From the UHGV virus genome UHGV-0217911: a DNA stretch of 43,385 nucleotides; one strand, written 5' to 3'. This DNA comes from a virus. The notes below the pieces were generated by a model. The model was not told where the DNA came from and made no database searches. It was given only the letters and a program-made list of their open reading frames with translations. The translations under genes were made by a program, and so were the position numbers. Each line of letters starts with the position of its first letter. Positions within the stretch are counted from its first letter, which is position 1. Below, in pieces: positions 1-9,298 of this stretch.

Positions 1-1
1 C

Positions 2-475
2 GTTGCTGCTGCTATTGGTGGCGGAGCAATTGCTATAGCATCAGTGTTAATCACTGGCCCAAGTGGTAACGATGGTCTGGAAGGTGTCAGCTACATACCA
101 TACAAAGATATTGTTGGTGTATGGACTGTATGTCACGGGCATACAGGAAAAGACATCATGCTCGGTAAAACGTATACCAAAGCAGAATGCAAAGCCCTCC
201 TGAATAAAGACCTTGCCACGGTCGCCAGACAAATTAACCCGTACATCAAAGTCGATATACCGGAAACAATGCGCGGCGCTCTTTACTCATTCGTTTACAA
301 CGTGGGTGCTGGCAATTTCAGAACATCGACGCTTCTTCGCAAAATAAACCAGGGCGATATCAAAGGCGCATGTGATCAGCTACGTCGCTGGACATATGCT
401 GGCGGTAAGCAATGGAAAGGTCTCATGACTCGTCGTGAGATTGAGCGTGAAATCTGTTTGTGGGGTCAGCAATGA
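2..475 (+). CDS. Phage endolysin (lysozyme) with N-terminal signal-anchor-release (SAR) segment; 5' end truncated by the window edge
   Basis: The frame is open from base 2. The N-terminal [18 protein letters not shown] hydrophobic Gly/Ala stretch is followed by a lysozyme-like domain, and the gene sits immediately upstream of Rz/Rz1. Confidence 0.8.
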   Translation, partial: VAAAIGGGAIAIASVLITGPSGNDGLEGVSYIPYKDIVGVWTVCHGHTGKDIMLGKTYTKAECKALLNKDLATVARQINPYIKVDIPETMRGALYSFVYNVGAGNFRTSTLLRKINQGDIKGACDQLRRWTYAGGKQWKGLMTRREIEREICLWGQQ

Positions 476-939
476 ACAGAGTAACCGCGATTATCTCCGC
501 TCTGGTTATCTGCATCGTCGTCTGCCTGTCATGGGGTGTTAATCATTACCGTGATAACGCCATCGCTTACAAAGAACAGCGTGATAAAAAAGTCAGTGAG
601 CTGAAGCAGGCGACCGCCACCATTACTGACATGCAGCAACGCCAGCGTGCTGCTGATGCACTCGATGCTAAATACACGAAGGAGTTAGCTGATGCGAAAG
701 CTGAAAATGATGCTCTTCGGCGCAAGCTTGATAATGGTGGCCGGGTGCTCGTCAAAGGAAAATGCCCTATGCCATCCTCAGCCGAAACCTCCGGCGCCTC
801 CGGCATGGGCAATGATGCCACCGTCGAACTCTCTCCAGTTGCTGGACGAAACGTTCTCGGTATCCGGGACGGAATCATCAGCGACCAAACAGCACTGAGA
901 ACGCTTCAGGAATACATCAGGACGCAATGCCTTCGATGA
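472..939 (+). CDS. Rz-like inner-membrane spanin (i-spanin)
   Basis: ATG at 472 overlaps the endolysin stop (ATGA). The product has an N-terminal TM segment then a charged coiled-coil region, and contains an embedded Rz1 frame. Confidence 0.8.
   Translation: MNRVTAIISALVICIVVCLSWGVNHYRDNAIAYKEQRDKKVSELKQATATITDMQQRQRAADALDAKYTKELADAKAENDALRRKLDNGGRVLVKGKCPMPSSAETSGASGMGNDATVELSPVAGRNVLGIRDGIISDQTALRTLQEYIRTQCLR
692..898 (+). CDS. Rz1-like outer-membrane lipoprotein spanin (o-spanin), embedded in Rz in another frame
   Basis: MRKLKMML... signal peptide with lipobox VAGC, followed by a proline-rich mature peptide, lying wholly inside the Rz ORF. Confidence 0.75.
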   Translation: MRKLKMMLFGASLIMVAGCSSKENALCHPQPKPPAPPAWAMMPPSNSLQLLDETFSVSGTESSATKQH

Positions 940-1114
940 TAGCGATAATTTTACTCATCATCCTTCACATCTGGCTCTGTAGACAGGGTGGTGATCACTT
1001 CTGGAGTGAATCTAGATTAAACATCTCATTGCTGATGCTTGATATTGAGCATCTGGCGCGCGGTAAGGGGCCGCGTTGAGATAAGAGCCAGTCATCACAA
1101 ACACCAGGATTTAG

Positions 1115-1139
1115 CCTCGCATTCGCGGGGTTTTTTATT
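1115..1139 (+). terminator. Rho-independent terminator-like hairpin plus T-run downstream of the lysis cassette
   Basis: CCTCGC-attc-GCGGGG stem followed by TTTTTTATT. Confidence 0.4.
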
Positions 1140-1160
1140 CCCAACTCCATAGGTAATTTT

Positions 1161-1640
1161 ATGACCCAGCATATTGGCGTAAAACTGATTAACGCCTTTC
1201 CGATGACGAGACAGGCATATAACGATTTTCGTGGCTGGCAGCTTCCTGCCGGAGAAAACGGCGAGGACGAAGGCTATCTGGTTGAATATCTGGATGGCGG
1301 AAAACCTAACACCGATCGCTTTGATGGCTACGTTAGCTGGAGTCCAAAAGAAGTATTCGAAAAGGCTTATCGTCCGGTATCAGGGTTAAGTTTCGGCCTT
1401 GCCATGGAAGCGTTAAAACAGGGCAAAAGTTTGCAGCGGGCAGGATGGAATGGGAAAGACCAGTTTGTTTATCTCGTGAAAGGGGAAAAATTAGCGTCTG
1501 CGTTGGGTTATGGCTTTGGCGAATATGTTGGCGAGCCAACTTTCAATGACACGCTTGTATTGAAAAACTCACAGAGCCGCCTTGCTACATGGGTTCCATC
1601 CATTGGCGACCTGATGGCTGAAGACTGGCAAACCATTTAA
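1161..1640 (+). CDS. Hypothetical phage accessory protein with a DUF2829-like motif (Tad2-like candidate)
   Basis: 159-aa ORF in the moron position between lysis genes and terminase. The internal motif ALKQGKSLQRAGWNGKDQFVYLV resembles the DUF2829 signature as recalled from memory. Confidence 0.6.
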   Translation: MTQHIGVKLINAFPMTRQAYNDFRGWQLPAGENGEDEGYLVEYLDGGKPNTDRFDGYVSWSPKEVFEKAYRPVSGLSFGLAMEALKQGKSLQRAGWNGKDQFVYLVKGEKLASALGYGFGEYVGEPTFNDTLVLKNSQSRLATWVPSIGDLMAEDWQTI

Positions 1641-2001
1641 CCATGTAGGCATTACAAAGCCCATCTACGGGTGGGCTTGATAATGAAACCGTGATTTACA
1701 TCCCTCACAATCCAGGTATGTAAAAGCTGGATCATGCGAGAACGGATTTAACTAAATCTGTGCACCACCAGTTACGGCAGTACAGCGAAACAACCCAAGC
1801 CAGTAAGTGGGGAAATAACACTGGCAGCCACTGAAAGATGAACCTCCAGCCTTATGGCAAAAAAGATTCTTTGTGGTGGCGGGCTGATGGAAAGACATCG
1901 GTTATTGCAGAGACCATTCAATGAGTGGTCTCGACAATGGCTTATACCCTACACGGGATAACTTAACTGATATCCCTTTTAACGGATAAACGGAGCCAAC
2001 A

Positions 2002-2244
2002 ATGGCAGAGATTATTCCCATGACTGAAGAACAGAAATTCCAGTTAGAGATTTACAAGCTGGTCATGAACCAGAACGCAGCCGCAGAGGAAGCATTTCAG
2101 TTCATTGGCACTGACGAACTGAAGCTTGAGCTATTCAAAATTCACTTCCAGTCAGGCGGCGCTAATTCAGATATCACGACCCGCACTATCGAAGCGGTGC
2201 GTAAATCGAAGGAAGCGTTAGACCTGTTTACTACCGGAGCATAA
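2002..2244 (+). CDS. Small hypothetical phage protein
   Basis: 80-aa ORF with good coding appearance upstream of the small terminase; no recognizable motif. Confidence 0.45.
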   Translation: MAEIIPMTEEQKFQLEIYKLVMNQNAAAEEAFQFIGTDELKLELFKIHFQSGGANSDITTRTIEAVRKSKEALDLFTTGA

Positions 2245-2323
2245 ACATGGCAACTCAAGGTTTCGACAACCCATCCAAATTCCGCGATGAATGGGATAAG
2301 CAAGCAGAAGGGAAATAATCAAT

Positions 2324-2749
2324 ATGGCGACTGAGAAAAAGAAAGGTGGTCGCCCCTCTGATTATATGCCGGAGGTGGCTAATGACATTTGCGCATTGCT
2401 TTCCTCCGGTGAGAGTCTGCGCAAAGTTTGCGAACGCCCAGGAATGCCGAGCAAAACATCAGTTTTTCGCTGGCTGGCTGAACATCAGGAGTTTCGTGAC
2501 CAGTACGCGAAGGCAACAGAGACTCGGGCCGACTCTATTTTCGAAGAGATATTCGAAATTGCTGACGACGTAATCCCTGATGCCGCCGAGGTGGCAAAGG
2601 CAAGACTTCGCGTTGATACCCGCAAATGGGCGCTGGCCAGAATGAATCCCCGTAAGTATGGCGACAAGGTAACTAATGAGCTTGTCGGCAAAGACGGCGG
2701 CGCAATCCAGATTGAAACATCACCGATGAGCACTCTGTTCGGAAAATGA
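2324..2749 (+). CDS. Terminase small subunit (Sf6 gp1-like)
   Basis: 141 aa, MATEKKKGGRPSDYMPEV... N-terminal HTH-like region, immediately upstream of and overlapping the large terminase. Confidence 0.85.
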   Translation: MATEKKKGGRPSDYMPEVANDICALLSSGESLRKVCERPGMPSKTSVFRWLAEHQEFRDQYAKATETRADSIFEEIFEIADDVIPDAAEVAKARLRVDTRKWALARMNPRKYGDKVTNELVGKDGGAIQIETSPMSTLFGK

Positions 2750-4161
2750 CCTCGATTAATCCTATCTTTGAACCGTTCATTGAGGCGCATCGCTACAAAG
2801 TCGCCAAAGGCGGTCGAGGTAGCGGTAAGTCATGGGCAATTGCGAGGCTGCTTGTTGAAGCGGCGCGTCGGCAGCCTGTGCGCATCCTCTGTGCTCGTGA
2901 ACTGCAAAACAGTATCAGCGATTCGGTAATCCGGTTGCTTGAAGACACCATCGAGCGGGAAGGGTATTCGGCTGAGTTTGAAATTCAGCGTTCAATGATT
3001 CGTCATCTCGGAACGAATGCTGAATTCATGTTCTACGGCATCAAAAACAACCCGACGAAGATTAAATCGCTAGAAGGCATTGATATTTGCTGGGTGGAAG
3101 AAGCGGAAGCGGTAACGAAGGAATCATGGGATATCCTGATACCAACCATCCGTAAGCCGTTCTCTGAAATATGGGTGAGCTTTAACCCGAAAAACATCCT
3201 CGACGATACCTATCAGCGATTCGTAGTAAACCCTCCCGATGATATTTGTCTGCTGACGGTGAACTACACCGACAACCCGCACTTTCCTGAAGTTCTCCGT
3301 CTGGAGATGGAAGAGTGCAAACGCAGAAATCCGACACTGTATCGTCACATCTGGCTTGGTGAGCCGGTAAGCGCAAGTGATATGGCAATCATCAAACGAG
3401 AATGGCTTGAAGCTGCAACCGATGCGCACAAGAAACTCGGATGGAAAGCGAAAGGCGCTGTTGTCTCTGCGCATGACCCATCAGATACAGGGCCAGATGC
3501 TAAAGGTTACGCATCGCGTCACGGTTCGGTAGTTAAGCGCATTGCTGAAGGTCTGCTGATGGACATCAACGAGGGGGCTGACTGGGCTACTTCGCTGGCG
3601 ATTGAAGACGGTGCTGACCACTACTTGTGGGATGGTGATGGTGTCGGTGCAGGGCTACGCAGACAGACAACGGAAGCGTTCTCCGGTAAGAAAATCACCG
3701 CCACGATGTTCAAGGGCAGCGAATCGCCATTTGATGAAGATGCACCGTATCAGGCCGGAGCATGGGCTGATGAAGTCGTACAGGGTGACAACGTTCGTAC
3801 TATTGGCGATGTATTCCGCAATAAGCGAGCGCAATTCTATTACGCGCTGGCTGACAGGCTGTATCTGACATATCGGGCGGTTGTCCACGGTGAGTATGCA
3901 GACCCCGACGACATGCTGAGTTTCGACAAAGAAGCAATAGGCGAGAAGATGCTGGAGAAGCTGTTTGCAGAACTGACGCAGATTCAGCGCAAATTCAATA
4001 ATAACGGGAAGCTGGAGCTTATGACTAAGGTCGAAATGAAGCAGAAGCTCGGTATTCCATCTCCTAACCTGGCTGATGCGTTGATGATGTGTATGCATTG
4101 CCCGGAGTCGGCTGCGCAACCCGACTATTCCAGTTACTCAATTCCTTGTGGTGTGGGTTGA
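2746..4161 (+). CDS. Terminase large subunit (ATPase/nuclease)
   Basis: Walker A motif GGRGSGKS near the N-terminus, 471 aa, positioned between small terminase and portal. Confidence 0.9.
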   Translation: MTSINPIFEPFIEAHRYKVAKGGRGSGKSWAIARLLVEAARRQPVRILCARELQNSISDSVIRLLEDTIEREGYSAEFEIQRSMIRHLGTNAEFMFYGIKNNPTKIKSLEGIDICWVEEAEAVTKESWDILIPTIRKPFSEIWVSFNPKNILDDTYQRFVVNPPDDICLLTVNYTDNPHFPEVLRLEMEECKRRNPTLYRHIWLGEPVSASDMAIIKREWLEAATDAHKKLGWKAKGAVVSAHDPSDTGPDAKGYASRHGSVVKRIAEGLLMDINEGADWATSLAIEDGADHYLWDGDGVGAGLRRQTTEAFSGKKITATMFKGSESPFDEDAPYQAGAWADEVVQGDNVRTIGDVFRNKRAQFYYALADRLYLTYRAVVHGEYADPDDMLSFDKEAIGEKMLEKLFAELTQIQRKFNNNGKLELMTKVEMKQKLGIPSPNLADALMMCMHCPESAAQPDYSSYSIPCGVG

Positions 4162-4162
4162 T

Positions 4163-6361
4163 ATGGCAGAAAAAAAGATGACTGACTGGCATCGCAAGGT
4201 GCTGTGCAACTTTGATAATGCCTGGTCAGCAACGCAGGATATGCGTGAGCAGATTATTGAGGCTCAACGTTTCGTCCGGGTGTCCGGCGCACAGTGGGAA
4301 GGCAGCACAAACGCTGGTTACTCATTTGATGAAGGCAGGTTTGAGCATTACCCGCGCTTTGAACTGAATAAGATTTCCCGTGAATGTGATCGCATCATTG
4401 GCGAGTATCGACAGAATCGCATCAGCGTTAAATTCAGGCCGAAGGACGATAAGGCATCGGAAGCGTTAGCCGAAAAGATGAACGGCAAATTCCGCGCTGA
4501 CTATCAGGAAACATCCGGTGGCGAAGCGTGTGATAACGCATTTGATGATGCTGTAACAGGCGGATTCGGTTGTTTCCGCATGTGTGCCGATTACGAAGAT
4601 GAAATGGACCCAAGTAACGAGCAGCGACGCATCAGCCTTCTTCCTGTTTACGACCCAGCGACATGCGTCTTCTTCGATCAGGACAGCAAGCAATATGACC
4701 GCTCTGATGCTATGTGGGCTATGGAAATGTTCTCCATGACGCCTAAAGCGTTCGAGGCTGAATACCCTGACTCCATCGCGGCAAGTCTTTCTCGTGATGA
4801 CACTGGTACTCAGTATGACTGGTCAACGCCCGATGCCATCTATGTTGGACGTTACTACGAAGTCCGAATAGAGAAGGTGAAGCTCACAGCATGGCGTAAC
4901 CCTGTCAGCGGAGAAACGGCAATCTATGATGAAGAGCAAATCAAAGATATTGTCGACGAGCTAACCGATGGCGCATTCGAACTGATTGGCGAGCGGACAG
5001 TGAAGAAACGCCGAGTTTGTTGCGGTCTTCTTTCTGGCGCTGAATGGCTGGAAGAACCGAAGCGTATTCCTGGCGAACATATTCCTCTCATCCCGGTATA
5101 TGGGCGTCGCTCATTTGTTGATAATCAGGAGCGAATCGAAGGCCACGCTGCAAAAGCGATGGATGCACAGCGTCTTGAGAACCTGATGGTTTCCATGATT
5201 GCAGATAACGCTACTCAGGCTGGCGGTGATGGCATTCCTATCGTGGATGTTGATTTCATTCCCGGTCCATTAATGAATCACTGGGCAGAGAGGAATAAGA
5301 AAAGACCTGCAGTTCTTCCCATGACCAGCAAGAAGGACAAAAACGGAACGGTCATTTCAGAGGCTCAGGTTGCTGGCTGGACACCTCCGACACAAATGCC
5401 TCCTGCTCTTGCCGGGCTATTGCAGTACACCGGAACGGCTATTCAGCAAATTACAGGTGCGTCGCAGCTTGAGAACATGCCGAGCAACGTCGCCACCGAT
5501 ACCGTTGATAGCATTTTTAACCGGATGGACACGCAGTCCTATATCTACATGGACAACATGGCTAAATCCATGCGTCGCGCTGGCGTTGTGTGGCTTTCTA
5601 TGGCGCGTGAGGTCTATGGAAGTGATACGCCGATGCGTATCGTTAATGAGGACGGCAGCGATGACGTGGCGCTGATGACTGGTGAAGTGGTTGACCGTCA
5701 GACAGGGCAGGTTATCGCTCTTAACGACCTTTCGCAGGGTAACTATGAAGTGACTGTCGATGTTGGTCAGTCGTTCGCTACTCGCCGTGATGCAACGGTT
5801 AAGTCGTTACTTTCCATGCTGGCACTTATCCCACCGGGAACGCCGAAGCATGACCTTGTATCGTCTCTTATTCTCGACAATATGGACGGCGAAGGGATGG
5901 AAGACCTGAAAGAATACAACCGCAATCAGTTGCTTCTGTCTGGAGTTATCAAGCCGAGAACACCAGAAGAACAGCAGATGGTTGAGCAGGCGAAACAACA
6001 ACAGGCCAGTCAGCCGGATCCGGCTATGGTTGCAGCGCAAGGTCAGCTTCTGGCTGGTCAGGCTGAATTGCAGAAAGCGCGGAACGAACAGGCAGCCATT
6101 CAGGTTAAAGCATTCCAGGCACAGACTGATGCTCAGGTTGCTGCGGCAAATGTTGTGAAAATCCTCGCATCTGCCGATAGTCAGCAGAAATCTGATATCC
6201 GCGAGGCTCTGAAACTGCTCGGACAGTTCCAGCAACAGCAAGGAGACAATGCCCGTGCTGATGCAGAGCTTGTCCTGAAGAGTCAGGCGCAGGGCCATGC
6301 GCAGCGCATGGACATCAACAGCATCTTGCAAAAATCAACTCAGCAACAACCACAGCAGTAA
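4163..6361 (+). CDS. Portal protein (P22 gp1-like)
   Basis: About 730 aa with P22-portal-like blocks (GEHIPLIPVYG, IKDIVDELTDGAF) and a long C-terminal Q/A-rich helical barrel region. The likely start is the ATG at 4163, just after the terminase stop. Confidence 0.9.
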   Translation: MAEKKMTDWHRKVLCNFDNAWSATQDMREQIIEAQRFVRVSGAQWEGSTNAGYSFDEGRFEHYPRFELNKISRECDRIIGEYRQNRISVKFRPKDDKASEALAEKMNGKFRADYQETSGGEACDNAFDDAVTGGFGCFRMCADYEDEMDPSNEQRRISLLPVYDPATCVFFDQDSKQYDRSDAMWAMEMFSMTPKAFEAEYPDSIAASLSRDDTGTQYDWSTPDAIYVGRYYEVRIEKVKLTAWRNPVSGETAIYDEEQIKDIVDELTDGAFELIGERTVKKRRVCCGLLSGAEWLEEPKRIPGEHIPLIPVYGRRSFVDNQERIEGHAAKAMDAQRLENLMVSMIADNATQAGGDGIPIVDVDFIPGPLMNHWAERNKKRPAVLPMTSKKDKNGTVISEAQVAGWTPPTQMPPALAGLLQYTGTAIQQITGASQLENMPSNVATDTVDSIFNRMDTQSYIYMDNMAKSMRRAGVVWLSMAREVYGSDTPMRIVNEDGSDDVALMTGEVVDRQTGQVIALNDLSQGNYEVTVDVGQSFATRRDATVKSLLSMLALIPPGTPKHDLVSSLILDNMDGEGMEDLKEYNRNQLLLSGVIKPRTPEEQQMVEQAKQQQASQPDPAMVAAQGQLLAGQAELQKARNEQAAIQVKAFQAQTDAQVAAANVVKILASADSQQKSDIREALKLLGQFQQQQGDNARADAELVLKSQAQGHAQRMDINSILQKSTQQQPQQ

Positions 6362-6451
6362 TTAACCCATAACGTGCAATGGCTGTCTTTATGAGGCCTG
6401 GCACCCTATTGCCTTCCGATGGGCTGAACATCGAGTAAACAGGGGTAACAA

Positions 6452-7345
6452 ATGGACCAGATGGCAGAAAACACACCAGAAGTTGAAATCGAAACCGATA
6501 CATCAGAGCAGATTCCTGATGATGTCGAACTGGCTGAAGAAGTCGAAACAGAAGATGGCAGTGAGTCCTCCGGCAATGATGCAGAGGAAGCTACTGAAAC
6601 TGATGACGACGAATCAGAACAGGAATTCTACTTTGGTGACGAAAAGCTGGATTCGCCAACCAGCGAAGATGGCGCAGAGCATGGACTGGTAAAACACCTG
6701 CGCAAGACGATTAAAGAGAAAGACCGTGAGCTGAAAGAGCTGATGCGTCAGTCCCAGAAACCCGTCGAGCAGCAGCCGGTAATCACTCAACCACCGCGAA
6801 TGCCAAAACTGGATGATGAGGACATCGGTTTCGATGAAGAAATCTACCAGCAACGCATGGCTAAGTGGGCAGAGGATAACGGAAAGTACCAGCAACAGGA
6901 GATGGCTCGCAAGCAGAAGGAGCAGGAGCTTCAGGCTGCTTATCAAGAGCGATTATCCAAATATCAGCAACGTGTTAAGGCTCTCAAGGTTCCTGGCTAT
7001 CAGGAAGCAGAACAGGCCGTACTCGAGGAAATCCCCATCGAGACACAAAACGCGATCCTGTTTGAGTCAGAGAAGCCGGAAATCGTTGTTCTGGCGCTTG
7101 GTCGCAACGCTGAACTGCGCAAGCAACTGGCAGAAGCTACCAACCCCGTAGCAATTGGTCGTCTGCTGGAACGTATCGAATCTAAGGCCAGAATCATGCC
7201 AAAAGCAAAAACCACGGCAGCCACAACCCCGACAGTTAAGGGGAGCAACGGCGCAGTAATCAATAACCTCGACAAACTGAAAGCCAAGGCGCTGGAAACT
7301 GGTGACTGGACGCCGTATTTCGCCGCTAAAAAGGCAAAAAAATAA
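6452..7345 (+). CDS. Scaffolding protein
   Basis: Acidic N-terminus, a helical K/E/Q-rich body and a basic C-terminal helix-turn-helix-like tail (…DWTPYFAAKKAKK), located between portal and coat. Confidence 0.8.
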   Translation: MDQMAENTPEVEIETDTSEQIPDDVELAEEVETEDGSESSGNDAEEATETDDDESEQEFYFGDEKLDSPTSEDGAEHGLVKHLRKTIKEKDRELKELMRQSQKPVEQQPVITQPPRMPKLDDEDIGFDEEIYQQRMAKWAEDNGKYQQQEMARKQKEQELQAAYQERLSKYQQRVKALKVPGYQEAEQAVLEEIPIETQNAILFESEKPEIVVLALGRNAELRKQLAEATNPVAIGRLLERIESKARIMPKAKTTAATTPTVKGSNGAVINNLDKLKAKALETGDWTPYFAAKKAKK

Positions 7346-7363
7346 CCTATCGGAGCATTAAGC

Positions 7364-8617
7364 ATGGCTAACCAATTAGCAAAAGACCTTGAAATCATGT
7401 TCGAAAACTACGTTGAAGGCTTTGAGGCCGCCTGCGTAGTTTCCCGTAACGCTAAAAAATTCCGTCCCGGTGATACAGCAATGCAGCGAGCAGGTGATGT
7501 TCTGTATCGTCCGCAGCATTACCACATGAACATTGAGGAAGGCCTCGATCTCAGCAGCAAAACGCCAACAGCACTGGTTCAGCGCCTTGTTCCTTCTGTG
7601 TTCAAGGAGCCGAAAAACATTCTGTACACTCTGGATGCGCGTGAAATGCGTGACCCGGAACATAAAACTGAAGCTGGTCGAGCCGCAGGTATGCGCCTTG
7701 CTGCACAGATTGACTCTGACCTGATTTCCATGGTTACGCAGCGTGCTACTAACGTGATCACGATGGCTGACTCAACCACAGGTACACAGGGCCGTGATTT
7801 GTGGAACTGTGCGGCAGGTATTGATGCCACCATGACGGCGATAGGTGTACCGCAGGGTATCAACCGTCGCTCTTTCTGGAACCCCTTCAACTACAAAGAC
7901 CTTGCTGGCGAGCTTGGTCACCGTGCCTATGCTCAGGGCGCAACCCTGACAGCATACGAAAAAGCGCAGATCCCTCCGGTTGCGTCCTTTGATAGCTACA
8001 AGACCGATATTTCTGGTCGATTACCGAAAGGAAGCACTGAATCCTTGACAGTATCAGGCCAACCTGAACACAAGGTTGAAGCGAAAGATTCAAATGGTAT
8101 GCCAGTTGATAACCGACAGGGGACTATTACGGTATCTGCATCTGGCTTGCAGGTTGGTGATGCGTTCACCATTGCCGGTGTGAATTCCGTACACCAGATC
8201 ACAAAAGATACCACCGGGCAACCGCAGGTATTCCGTGTTCTGGCTGTTAGCGGAACTACCGTAACAATCTCTCCAAAGATTCTCCCTGTTGAAAATGCCG
8301 ATGTTGCGAGTCGTCCATATGCAAACGTCGATGCCAAACCGGCAGCATCAGCAGCAATCACCATTCTCAACAAGAACGCAGCACCTGCTAACCTGTTCTG
8401 GGCTGATGGTTCTGTTGAGCTGATGTACGGCAAACTGGCGTTCCCGACTGGTCAGGGTCCACAGGTAATGACAGCAACCACCGAGCAGGGCGCTACGCTG
8501 ATCATGTCTTACGCCTTCGACCACATCAAAGGCGTAACCACTGCTCGTTTCACCACTCTGTACGGTTGCTCTGTACTTGTTCCTGAATATACGGGCATCG
8601 TTATTGCCGGGCAGTAA
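7364..8617 (+). CDS. Major capsid (coat) protein, P22 gp5-like
   Basis: 417 aa, position after scaffold, P22-coat-like C-terminal blocks, and a strong terminator immediately downstream. Confidence 0.85.
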   Translation: MANQLAKDLEIMFENYVEGFEAACVVSRNAKKFRPGDTAMQRAGDVLYRPQHYHMNIEEGLDLSSKTPTALVQRLVPSVFKEPKNILYTLDAREMRDPEHKTEAGRAAGMRLAAQIDSDLISMVTQRATNVITMADSTTGTQGRDLWNCAAGIDATMTAIGVPQGINRRSFWNPFNYKDLAGELGHRAYAQGATLTAYEKAQIPPVASFDSYKTDISGRLPKGSTESLTVSGQPEHKVEAKDSNGMPVDNRQGTITVSASGLQVGDAFTIAGVNSVHQITKDTTGQPQVFRVLAVSGTTVTISPKILPVENADVASRPYANVDAKPAASAAITILNKNAAPANLFWADGSVELMYGKLAFPTGQGPQVMTATTEQGATLIMSYAFDHIKGVTTARFTTLYGCSVLVPEYTGIVIAGQ

Positions 8618-8623
8618 TTTTGG

Positions 8624-8648
8624 TGGGGCTTCGGCCCCATTTTTATTG
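8624..8648 (+). terminator. Rho-independent terminator after the coat gene
   Basis: GGGGC-ttcg-GCCCC hairpin followed by TTTTTATT. Confidence 0.6.
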
Positions 8649-8658
8649 GGAGAAGACA

Positions 8659-8847
8659 ATGGCACAAACAATGCTCTATAAGCCTGGAAACATGATCACC
8701 TGTGGTCAGTTTGCTGTCGATTACATCATTGTTGATGACGAAGAAGTTAAATCTCACCTGAAAAAAGGTTGGGTAAAAACTCCTGAAGAAACCGCAACGA
8801 AGCAAAAAGTGGCTAAGGCGGAAGAAGATGGCGAAAACGAAGGGTGA
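8659..8847 (+). CDS. Small hypothetical protein between coat and gp4
   Basis: ATG preceded by GGGAG; the track ORF begins upstream, but that start would lie inside the terminator hairpin, so the internal ATG is preferred. Confidence 0.45.
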   Translation: MAQTMLYKPGNMITCGQFAVDYIIVDDEEVKSHLKKGWVKTPEETATKQKVAKAEEDGENEG

Positions 8848-9289
8848 TCTCGTTCTTAAGGCTTTACGAAAAGCCGGGCTGTATTCCAATGCCACGTTGA
8901 CAGATGCTGACCCTCAGGCAATTGAAGATGCCATTAATGACCTCGAAGACATGATGGCAGCATGGCAGGCTAAAGGTATCGAGCTTGGATATCAGTTTGC
9001 TGATACAGAAAACGGCATCATGCCGTTACCTGACGATGATTCAGGTATCCCTGCATGGGCAAATGATGGCGTCGCTTTGAAACTCGCTGTGCAAGTGTGC
9101 ATGGATAACGTCATTCAGCCGTCAGACGCTCTCCTTACCGCTGCTGACAGTGCATATCAGACAATCTGTATCGCTTTAACCAAAATACCACCACTTGAGC
9201 GACGAAATGACATGCCTCGCGGGGCGGGGTTAAAAAGCGCGTTTACGTGGAATCGGTTTTACATCGAGAAAGATGATCCGAGTACGTGA
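8828..9289 (+). CDS. Head completion / tail adaptor protein (P22 gp4-like)
   Basis: MAKTKGDLVLKALRKAG...TLTDADPQAIEDAINDLEDMMAAW matches the gp4 N-terminal pattern as recalled. Confidence 0.8.
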   Translation: MAKTKGDLVLKALRKAGLYSNATLTDADPQAIEDAINDLEDMMAAWQAKGIELGYQFADTENGIMPLPDDDSGIPAWANDGVALKLAVQVCMDNVIQPSDALLTAADSAYQTICIALTKIPPLERRNDMPRGAGLKSAFTWNRFYIEKDDPST

Positions 9290-9298
9290 GGTGAATAA

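Noticed and set aside
5807-6331. 174-aa minus-strand ORF (and similar antisense ORFs at 567-878, 3124-3474, 3655-4119, 7996-8433, 8509-8895)
   Set aside because: They lie entirely inside well-supported plus-strand structural genes (portal, terminase, coat) on the opposite strand, with no independent signals; these are frame artefacts of GC-rich coding DNA.
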